A stretch of 55,683 nucleotides of DNA, counting the filler, from Sphacelaria rigidula (Eukaryota): NCBI GenBank assembly GCA_964200075.2. It is 6 parts of 6 records of this genome, joined end to end, with 100 filler letters (N's around TTAATTAATTAA, not from the genome) between each part and the next. Parts side by side here need not be neighbours in the genome. Positions count along the whole stretch, not along the records: positions 9,299 to 18,496 come from CAXNAA020009066.1; positions 18,597 to 27,794 come from CAXNAA020009067.1; 4 more parts are not named here. One strand, written 5' to 3'. A model generated the notes under the pieces. That model was not told where the DNA came from, ran no database searches, and worked only from the letters and a program-made list of their open reading frames with translations. Numbering within the stretch: the stretch's first letter is position 1; each line of letters begins with the position of its first letter. Made by a program: the position numbers and the translations under genes. This document shows positions 12,356-23,100 of the stretch, piece by piece.

Positions 12356-13872
12356 GCTGTCGGTGCGCTCTGCCACACACTGTTGTCTGTTGACAGCACA
12401 GTAAAAGTGAGCGATAATGGGGATGGACCGCGAAGAAGCAAGGGGAGGGGGTACGGGGGGTCATCATCATGCCTGAGGGAGGGAGGAGTGGGAGGATTTT
12501 CTCTTCATATTGAACGAAAAAAAATAACATCCAAATTGTTCAACAGCGAACGTGGTCGTATTTCTCCATTTGACTATTGACATTGATTCACGTGTTGCTC
12601 TTTCATCATTTTCATCCAAATAATATATGGGCGGATCATGAACAATTATAACCATGTTGCGGTCCGTTTTGTTCACATCAAAGCGGTCGAGGAAGGGGAT
12701 CAATTTGACAAATCCGCACGTGGTTGCTCCGTACCTCTTTTGCAGATTTAGGGATTCTCTGCAAAGTCAAAGCGCACTGCATACCTTTGAGTAATGGTCA
12801 TTATTTTAAAAAGCTGCGTGCGGTAGAGTCCACATAAGAGTAGGGGCTGACTGCACAGTGCAATACGCCCTAGAGCACACGGTAAATCCTGGAAACACCC
12901 GATACTTCGAGGCAATCATCTGATGGACTGCGCCGGGCATTGACTAGCCCACGCGACTGCCGTATAGTGGGGGAGGGGGCATGGAGCGAACAGTACCCTG
13001 TGTCGTCAATACACTTGTCCAACTCCTGTACAGATTATCACATACCTCTGCATACGCGGCCAGAGGATACAAGTTCTCAGAGACGAGGAAAGAAACATGT
13101 CAACGGACCTTTTCGTATCTCCTTGTCCATCCAGACAACAAGACATCAACCGGACATGACACCACACTCCTCTCCGGTGGCACAAATAAGGTGTATTATC
13201 AACGGGTTCAATCTCCCCAAAATCTCTGATTTTTCCGGGGGGAGGGGAAAAATAAAAAAATCCTTCTCCGAAAAATGTGAGAGCAGGTTTTTTCACCATT
13301 TCAGGCAATGGATCAATTTTAAGAATGAGTTACAGATTCCTCCGAAAATCATGCGTCGGATTTTTTTCAGCCACTTTTTTTTCTAAGAGTCGGGGAAAAA
13401 AAAAAATGATTTTTTCCCTGTTGATACTCGCAAGACCCCTTCGTTACGTCTGCATCATTTTTACTTGAAAAATGACCGTAAGACCTGAACGACCCCCTGC
13501 CAGTCCAACTGATCATATACAGTATTTCCCTGACTGTACAGGTCTTTTTGTCAGTATATGTTGGAGGAAGGAAAAATACAGAACTCACATGCACGGCAGG
13601 TCCCCTTCCACGACGGCAACATCATCAAATGAACAAAAAAAACACGCCGAACCGTGGATAAGCCAACTCTGATGTAAATAGCGAAGTTACGCAAAATACT
13701 GTGGTGTTTTGTCATGAAATACTCAGCGGTACGTTCCGGCGGGGTCTATTCACAAGTGCATTAGGGCTGTGAACTGGACCAGTTTATCCAGTTTATTTTT
13801 GGTTTTGCCGTTACCGGCTATTTCTATACCAATTTCAGCACAGTGAGGGTATAACAAGAGGGCCACAGGCAC

Positions 13873-14145
13873 CGTAGGTAAGGTAGGAACCCGGTACCGG
13901 TATTTGGGACATCTCATACATACCCTACCGATATCGGTCCAATCGGGTATTTTCAAATGTCATACCTACGATACCCACGATACCACGGTATTTCGAGATT
14001 TCAATACCTACCGTACCCGTTCAATCAGGGCTTTTCAAAACTTATCATACCTACGATACCCACGCATACCACGCTATGGGATACCCCAGTAAATACCGCG
14101 GGCATACCCGATAAATAACGGGGGTATACCCGATAAATACCGGAC
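13873..14145 (+). repeat. GATACC/CGTACC-rich repeat element, copy 1
   Basis: ggtaaggtaggaacccggtacc...atcgggtattttcaaatgtcatacctacgatacc...gggatacccc..taaatac; shared with 15109-15482. Confidence 0.75.
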
Positions 14146-15108
14146 GCGATGCACTCCCCAGGGTGCAGCAGCTGGTCCCAACTTAGGCAAAGGCCATAAG
14201 TTGTCGGAGCAGGTACGTCTTGTTTTCACAATATATACCCATACTCTCCCTGATTCTCGTGGTTAGATCAATTGCAATGAACTCACCATTACCGTATGTA
14301 GTCTAATGTTCTTCGTAAATGGATATAAATATCATATCATCGTTACGGTACTTTACACTGTTGTTTCATCATTCATGTCGAAGATGAGCATCATACACGA
14401 AAAATATTCCACGTGCAGACAAGGAAAACAAAATGAGAAGGAGGAAAAGCAACATAAAGAGTGAGGGGCAGCAGGAGGCATACAAAATAGACAACAAGGT
14501 GCCAAAATATCAGTTGAATAACCTTGAATATTTGTACACACGTATATGACACACAAATATATATATATATATACCGTAAATACTGCGCCATTGCCGGGTG
14601 CTTCAAATGAAAAAATACAACTACATGGAGAGGCGAACCCTGCTCCTACGTACTACTGCACGTGCTCTTACGTACTACTGCAATGCCGCAGTGCCACAAA
14701 TTACGGCGCTACCCCCTCGAAATGAAAATCGAACTATTGAATTCCAAATTTGCACTTACTACAAGTCTGCACCCGCGTCAACAACCACGAAAATCACCAC
14801 GCGGTACTTATGATAGATCCATGGATTGGGTGTCTCACCTTATCAGCTGATTGTACCAATCCAGCTGGTGGTCAGGGCGAAAATTATTGAAAACAAGAAA
14901 AAGTATGCAAACCCCCGACAGCAACCGTTGCCACTCATGATGGGGTCGTGTTGTACTTTGAGGTCTGCAGGTTAGCGTTGTGCGTAGTGTGCGGGTGGGG
15001 GTCGGGCTGCCCACCTTGGGCACATGAAAAAATTGGCTGCCCAACTTGAACAGGGATCTGAAACGTTTCTCCGCACTACCGAATGGCAGTTTTGAAATCG
15101 GTATAGAG

Positions 15109-15482
15109 GGTAAGGCAGGTACCCGGTACTGGTATTTGAGACATCTCATACCCTACAGATACCGACCCAATCGGGTATTTTCAAATGTCATACCTACGAT
15201 ACCACGGTATTTCGAGATACCAGTACCTACCGTACCTGCCTGATTGGGTGTTTTGAAGCGTCATGTCTACGATACCTTCGACACCACGGTATTCCGAGAT
15301 ACCAGTACCTACCGTGCCCGCCCAATTGGGTATTTTCAAATGTCCTACCTGCAATATCTTCAACACCACGGTATTTCGAGATCTCAATACCTACCGTACC
15401 CCCCGCAATGAGGTATTTTCAAAACTCATACCTACAATACCCACGCATATCACGGTATGGGATACTCCGGTAAATACTGGGA
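15109..15482 (+). repeat. GATACC/CGTACC-rich repeat element, copy 2 with an internal unit of ~75-85 bp triplicated
   Basis: gggt(a/g)tttt.aa..gtc...ctac...cacggtatt.cgagat...tacctaccgt occurs three times. Confidence 0.75.
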
Positions 15483-15889
15483 GGAAGCTCGGTACCGTAC
15501 CTTCCGGTTCCCGTGCAAGGATGCTTTATATATAATTTGAACGTACAACTGAGCCCTACACTTTACAGTTGCAGAGAAACATGGAATATCAATCAAGACG
15601 GAGGGCGCTCCGAAGGCGTAGACGGAAATTACTTGCGTCAATGACACGTTCAGTAGCGGTCCTTCGGTTATGCTTTGTTTTCCGTGTTTCAGCCGAGTTG
15701 TACAGCGTAGGTTTGGCGTCCTGTGGTAGTACCATACGTGGCATGAAGACAGCAGACCTAAAGCTTCGGTCGTGTATTTATGGTTGACAACATGACTGCT
15801 TGAGTTCAGAGTCGAGAAGGTTCTGAGAAAATTTATGGTTCGGGGGCAGGTGAGCAGTGGCCCCTTGGGTCGGGGTTACAGTGTTGCAA

Positions 15890-16150
15890 GGGTCGGACGA
15901 ATCAAATATTCGTCTGGAAATTACGTCCCTGAGTTCACTGTAATTGATTCGTACCGTATGAATCAATCCTGAGGCTATGTTTCAGCGTTGCAACCCAGGT
16001 ACGCGCAGCCCAGGTACATGAAACGGCTCAAAAATTGCGTGGAGACCCTTTTGACCAACGATCAACTTTTTCCCTCTCTTTCGAGCAATCAGGCATGAAA
16101 AATCGCGGATTCGGTGATTCGAACCGGCGATGATTCGTCCGAGCCGTGCA
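15890..16150 (+). repeat. Interspersed double-hairpin repeat family, copy 1
   Basis: gggtcggacgaat..attcgtc, attgattcgtaccgtatgaatcaat, cagcgttg..ccaggtacgcgcagcccagg; also at 32245-32512 and 49804-50068. Confidence 0.78.
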
Positions 16151-17689
16151 GTATTGGTTCCTTTCCCATACTATGGAGGCTGTGTTTCTGAAGGTTAAAC
16201 GCCAAGGAAATCCACACCTCGCTTGTGATGACGCCGAAACTTCGAGGATGTGTTGATTGATACTACAGCAAGGTGTCTGAGCCGCAGCCGTGGCTGCATA
16301 AGGCGCTGATGGCCCGGTCAGCATAGAAACGGTAAATATCGTTCTCACCCGTTTCTATTTTTATTCGCCACCTCCTGTCCAATAGCGATTGTAGTAGGTA
16401 CAATCTCGGTCACGCCCGCACACCGCCACGGATCCTTCCGGATTCATCGTCAATCTTCGCTCAGTTAGGGATGAACACTCGCAGAAAACCAGAAAATAAC
16501 CAGCATCTAGGCCCCACCATATATGTGAGGGTCTAGGCTGAACGTTTGCCGGTCCGAAAAGCTCGACACGTCAAGGTTAAGCCTGTCTCACGCGACGGCT
16601 GCGTTCTGCCATGGGCCCTTCCCCATGTACCCGACAAGTGCGCAACATCCCCGTACAGACAGTAGCAATGCTAGCGGATTCAAGATCCTGACAGTCTGGC
16701 AGCGGGCAAGGTAGTTATAGTAGTGTCCTCCTAGCGATATCAACTTACAGTGTACTGGTTCAGGGCCTGCAGGTGGATATTTTGGCGATTGCCTCACCTG
16801 CAGTTCGCCCACATGTGGTGTATTTTTCCACCATGTCACCGCACTAGATTATACGTGGAAATGTACCACGACCGCAGCGAACGATTTGCACACAACGATG
16901 CCAAATAGTGTACCTCGCACATCATGGAAGCTATCGCGAACTCCAACAGGCGTGCCGCAGTCGATGCTACACGTAGCACACTTTCATACAGTGTAGGGAT
17001 CTCCAAGGTGTGAGATGTCGCGACGTGCATAACGCAGAGAGCATTGCATGCAATACAGGGACAACCGAAGGATTTCATGAGCTGCGGATTGCCGTGTCAT
17101 CTTGAACTTTGCAGCTGATCGGTGAGAAGGTACGGTCGCCCAGGGGGTCTGAAAGGACGTGGAGAACGTGTCACCCGGAGGGTGGGTCCTCTGTTTCTTG
17201 GGGCACAATTTCCCCCTAAAAAATGCCAACCCTGGCGGTCAAGGGGTTAAATTTTTCAGCTGGGTCACGCTTCCCGTCACTGCTGCGGTTTGTGCGTACT
17301 GTCGCGCACACAGCGGACGGTATGTCTCTATCAGTGTTTGAAGACCGACGCGCGTGGGGTGGGGCCAGCATGTAGATAACCCTGCACTTTGTTCTAGCGG
17401 GTTCATAGATATTTTCAGCAGAAAGCGCTCAAGATGTGTGCTGTAACGAATCTCGTGCGTCATGCAGATTTCTCCCATGTGGTTCATCGCCCGTTAAGCG
17501 AGCTGTTGAAGCTAACAGTGCCCAACCCTCTTCCTTCGATGACCTCGTGTCTGAGCTCGAGATAATTGAAACTGCGGAACATGACCTCATCCTGTAGAAC
17601 GTACACGTCATCATGTCAAGAGCTTCCATGTTATCGAAAAGGAACATCACTGGTTGGGGTTAGGGTTAGGGTTGGGGCGTGTCTTACAG

Positions 17690-18020
17690 TACGAGCTGGG
17701 CCAGCAGTAAATCCCACATTCGCTTTCCACACCACAACTTCTCAAGTTTTCCAAATCAGCGCGACTTGAGCATATCGCTGTGAAGTGCAGACCAACCTGG
17801 TAACACACGGCACCGCCGCTAAATGAAGAAAAAAATGTACTGCATATTATATTACCTTTACGACGGACGAAAAAAAAAGAGAATCTGTCGGGATTCGACC
17901 TCATGACCTCCATAATTGGAGTCTCTTGTATCACTTGAATCAAAGGGGCGCGGCTGTGTCACACGAAAAGTGCTATGCCGCGCCCAATTTGAGGCATTTC
18001 CGGCCGAGACTTCACGAGAA
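17690..18020 (+). repeat. Interspersed repeat family ending in the GAGCTGG(G/C)CCAGC palindrome, copy 1
   Basis: Reverse-complement match to 19110-19438 (gtgaagtgcagaccaacctgg, gagaatctgtcgggat, cctccataattg); terminal fragment also at 46488-46557. Confidence 0.78.
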
Positions 18021-18496
18021 TGTCGTTGGCGCGAGTGCCCGTATGTGTTGTAGCGTTGTCGTCGTTTTTATCAATTTTGAAGGAATTAATAACATTTTTC
18101 CTGTTTATGCTGAAACTTCAACTCGCTCTCACTCCTTTTTTTTTTTTCTCTGCGCCCCCGATAGGGTTGCGCGGGTTAATGATGAAAGTGTCGTATTAAA
18201 ATTTCAGCGCCCAACTCTTCGAATCACCAATGGCATCTCCACTTTTCGTCCAAAAGTTATTGTCAGCCGGCCCAGCTCGTGGCACCTTTTTTTTTCGATC
18301 GAAATAATGGGGTGGTAGAATCGATTGAGCGAAATTTCATGGTTTTAATGTAGTTGGGTCGAGATGGATTTTCAAGCTTTCGATCGAACAAGACAGTGCA
18401 GTCTTACGCCAAAAAAACAAAAGCAAGTCAACTGCCCCGCATACAAAAATCATACGCACCTCATGTATCTTTCGACGGTTCAACAGGGTTTAGTAC

Positions 18497-18596
18497 NNNN
18501 NNNNNNNNNNNNNNNNNNNNNNNNNNNNNNNNNNNNNNNNTTAATTAATTAANNNNNNNNNNNNNNNNNNNNNNNNNNNNNNNNNNNNNNNNNNNN
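18497..18596. other. Artificial contig-joining spacer
   Basis: N44-TTAATTAATTAA-N44. Confidence 0.97.
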
Positions 18597-18691
18597 GTGG
18601 AATAAAAAAATGACTCACTTAAAGCGAATGATCAAAGCCACTCTCAATCTCACGAAAACACTGTTGTAGGGGGTCAGACAGGGGAAGGAGG

Positions 18692-18772
18692 TGGAGGGGG
18701 AGTGGGGGTACTCATTTGTTGCTTGCCCTAGTCGTTTGGCCATTGATCACGCATCCCTTTCGAGACGGAGCA
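18692..18772 (-). mobile_element. Short LINE 3'-UTR fragment with C-rich tail
   Basis: Plus strand gggggtactcatttgttgcttgcc...ccctttcgagacggagca is the reverse complement of the same 3' UTR. Confidence 0.7.
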
Positions 18773-19109
18773 ACGAGCTCGGCAGGGGTGGACGGGAGAG
18801 GATATTTACCCTTTTTGTGATGTCCGCTCGGACGGGGTATGTAATACGAGCTGGCCCAGCCAGCAATGGGTGGTTTTCTCGCTCAGGCGACACACGGCGT
18901 GATATTAGGAGTTGGACGCTGAATTTTTGACAGCACAGCTTTTGACGATCAAGATGAAGAATATCACGTGAGTAGCAAAAATATATATACAAGAGGAAGT
19001 TATGGGGATTCGAAATTTCAGCAAAAACAAGATAATGTCATAAAGTCCAGGGAAAAAATGAGAATCTGCACCTGCTCACGGGATGTATCATTTCCTTGGG
19101 TGCAGAAGG

Positions 19110-19438
19110 TCTTAGTGAAATTTCAGCTCAAGAGTCGTCGAATTGGGCCGTGCGTGCAACGTTTTGCGTGACGCTGCTGCACCCCTATATTTCAAGTGAT
19201 GGGAGACGTCAATTATGGAGGTGATGAGTTCGTATCCCGACAGATTCTCTGTTTTTTCGTCCGTCGTTAAGATCATATATTATGCAGTACATTTTTTTTT
19301 CTTCATTCAGCGGCGGTGCCGTGTTTCGCCAGGTTGGTCTGCACTTCACAGTGATATGCTTACATCGGGCTCATTCGGGAAACTGGGAAAACTGTGGTGT
19401 GAGCAACCTTTAGCCGCTTTTGAGCTGGCCCAGCTCGC
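19110..19438 (-). repeat. Same family, copy 2
   Basis: ccaggttggtctgcacttcac...gggaaactggg...gagctggcccagctcg. Confidence 0.78.
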
Positions 19439-20181
19439 AATCTCAACCGGGACTGTGAACTTTAGCGGCTGAAAGCAACTTCCCAGCTCGCGCATTATTT
19501 TCAAAGAAGGCACACCTCAAATCACCAGCGTGACAGTCACGGCACCCTACATGTGAATGCCTTCCCTCGCGGTCATATGCCCAGCATCCACATGTTCATG
19601 AAGAAAGACGTTTCGTCCAGAGAAAAAGACAGCTGTTGCGAAACCCAAACGTGGCATGGTCATGTGGGTCCACCCGGAGGGGCGTATCGTAACGGTGTTT
19701 GCCGTGTACGACCGGAAGCTGATGGAAGTTCGAAGGTCACGCGACATACCTTCGTGCCACCCCAACTTGCGGACAACAGCACAAGTCTGCCCTGTTGTCA
19801 CAGCAGTAGTCAAGATGTAGTTTTTTCTATGTTGTTGTCGGCGGTACGGATTGTATAGCACAATACATCAGCCAGTGTCATGCATGGTGATGAAAAAAAC
19901 TTGATTTGGCGGAGTATTTGCTTGGTGCAGAACACTTGCGTTGAACCGGCACAATTCCCGCCGCTCCCCGGCGATCACGACTACCCGACACATGAAATTG
20001 ATACGAACGCCCCTCGCTTGGGCGACAACGGTCTAAAGTAAGTGATATTTCTCTTCGCGGCACTCGAAGTGGTATTGACGCCAGAGTATTGCTGATCTCG
20101 TTTTCATGGCGTAGATGTACTGCCCCCTAAGATGCTGCACCCCGACAAGTTCCAGTACGGACACAACATCACTGTGTCGAC

Positions 20182-23100
20182 ATGCGCGCCAGTACGTGCT
20201 CCCATGCCACTCTCGTCGGAGCCCCAAAGGTAATACAGCCAACGACTCGCACAGTTTCCTCCTTGAACTTTGTCAGCCGATCACCCCTTTCTGTGGCATC
20301 CGATCTGTGGGAACGCAAGTACGGACAAGCGTGCCCATACTCCATACCTGCGGGTCAGAATTCCCCCTACAAACGTCGCCGCGCAAGCAAACGAACGTCG
20401 TCGCCCAACGTTCAACGACGGTCTCGAAGTCGTGGTCTATCGAGGGGACATTGTAATATTTGTGACCCTGGGGTGAACTACTGCGATCACGCCTTCGGCA
20501 TCAGGTTTCGCACGGGCTTTAACGCCCCGACGACGACGGGGGAAGATGAAAAAAAGTCGGCTCTTGATGAGACAAGGAGCGTGGGAAACAACGCGAGGAC
20601 GTCAAGCACAACAATTCCTTCGATTCCATCAACCAACCCAGACAAGAATAGCATACAGCACCGATGCCCCAAGGTTTCGCCAGCGAGACCCAACAGAATC
20701 GAGGAAAATTCTACAGGGAAGAGGGGGCAAAAACAAGTCAGAGTAGCGACGCCAACGGTGGGTGTGGGACCAAAGATCCCAACGCTTCTCGAGCTTCATC
20801 AGCGAGTCATAGATGCCGCGCTCCGGGAAATTTCCCGGCCACGCCAAGGTCCATTTGAAAATCTCGGAGAGCGACTCGGCGGAGAGCATGAAGATGTCAC
20901 TTATTGCAGTAGTAGCATTAAATTCCCGATATGTGCTGCCGGACCCACTCCACAATCCCGATGCTGGTCCGCGAGATATGCTCCCGCCAACAGGAACAGG
21001 AGTTCCAGGCGGTGTTGGTCCGCGGGACAAGCATTCCATGGTGATAAGGAAAGCAATTCTGGGAGAGGTGGACTCGGTAGCAAGATCAGCCGTGGAGCTG
21101 GCCATGCGATACTAGTAGATCGGACAGTGCAGCAGCAGATGAAACCGCGATTACCGCGTTTCGAGAACAGTAGTAGGAGCCATTCGTCGTCAAAGAGGAG
21201 CATGTTGCAACAAAATCAAGAGCTGTCGTCCTCGGCAGAGGACGAGCGTGGGGTGATCCAGGTTACCGACACCATCGGAAAATCGGCAAAGGTCAAGGAA
21301 AATAGTGCCGCCGCGTCAGAGTTGCAGGATAGAAGTGAAATGGGGGAGGGCAAGGTCTCTCCCACACACAGGGAGGCAGAACCTCTTTGTGTTAGAGGAT
21401 CGTGGCGACAGCAGCAGCCGGGCTTATCCAGCTCAGTCGAGAAGCCACCCAGTGCGTTAAAAAGTAAGGACTGTAAGAGTGACCATCGAGACGACGAATC
21501 CCTCTTGGACAAGGCCCCAACGGTATGCGAACAGGAGAGAGTATATCTTGAACCACATGGAAAGTTACGACGACTTCAATCACAAGAAATCGGCTCTGCG
21601 AGAAGTTCGGCGTTGAGCCTCGTGAAATACCATTCCATTGAAAACGATAAACTGGAAGACGATAATATGGACAGCGTTCTGCGTGTGCTAGAGCGCCGAT
21701 CAATACCAACGGTGACTGCAACTCTGTCGGCAGCACTGGTCGATCTTGATACAAATATCATTAGTGGACGCAAATCTCAAAGTACCTCTTCGACCGGCAC
21801 AGAAAACGATGGTGCTGTTGGTGATAAAAATAGCATCGACGCAAGCGAGACTGTAGACAGGCCACCGTTTTTTCGGAAACGCGGTGTTGATGAACGAGAC
21901 GAGCAGTATATGGATGCTAACGACAGCGTTTACACCATCTCAAACCAAACCACAGCAGGTGACGAGATCGCGAACTCGCGCGATGATGCGCCGATGGCTC
22001 TTCAGCAGTCCAGGAAAGCGACAACGCGCACTACGCTCGACTTTGTTAAGGTCTTGTCAACGTCAACCGCAACTGAGTCAATCGTCTCGGGCTTATTGCT
22101 GGTTGCTGCTACGAGCGACATTTTGGGTAAGAAGGAACGTGTCGACGCCTCCTTTCCAGTAAATACAAACCGAATGTCGGGTAGCGGATTGGTAGATGCT
22201 ACTGCAGACTGGGCTAGCGCTTTAGCAAAAGGCGATATTGTCGGAACCTTGATAGAATCGCCATCAACGACTGTCAGGGTGAGTGAGGACCAACGTGTCA
22301 ACGCCCCCGTGGCAATTGATGCTTTCAAATCGTCTCGTAACGGATCGTTAGATGCTACCGTTGACTGGGCTAGGGGTTTGGCGGAGGACGACATGGCGGA
22401 GACCTCGAGAGAACCGCAATCGGTGTCAGCTAGGGTGCGTAACGAGCAACATGTCAACACCCCCTTGGTGATCAACGCGAACCAATCGTCTGGTAGCGAA
22501 TCAGCGGATGTTACTGTTGACTGCGCTAGCGATATGGCGAAGAGAAACATTGCCGGGACCTCGTTAAACGTGCCAGCGGTGCCTACCACGATAAGCGAGG
22601 AGCAACGTAACACTCCTTTTACAGATTGCCCGAACCAGTCATCGAGAGGTGGATCGACAGATATTGCTGTTGGCTGGGCTAGCGCTTTGGCGGACAGTGA
22701 CATTACCGGGACCTCGATAGGGTCACCATCTGAGACTATTAAAATGAGTGAGGGGCAACGGGCCGACTGCACCTTGCCAGTCAATGCAACCCAAACATCT
22801 GGTAGCGGGATGACAGATGCTACTCTTGACTGGGCTAGCGCTTTCCCGAAGGGCGATATTACTGGAACATCAAAAGAAGTGCCACAGGCGACCATCATGG
22901 TGAGTGAGGAGCAACGTGTCAACGCCCCCCTAGTGGTCAAGGCGAACCGACCATCTAGTGGCGGATCGGCCGATGCTACTGTTGACTGGGGTAGCGCTTT
23001 CACTAACGGCGACATCACCGTGACCGCGATAGAGCCGACGTCGACAACTGGCATGAAGAAAGAGGAGCAACATGTCGATGCACCCGGAGCGATCAGTGCT

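Noticed and set aside
11673-12404. 243-aa plus-strand ORF with polyA/polyC tracts
   Set aside because: Shadow of the sulfotransferase exon and its CAG/GCA repeats.
19553-19858. 101-aa ORF as an upstream exon of the kinase
   Set aside because: No phase-compatible acceptor could be matched with confidence, and it has no recognisable motif.
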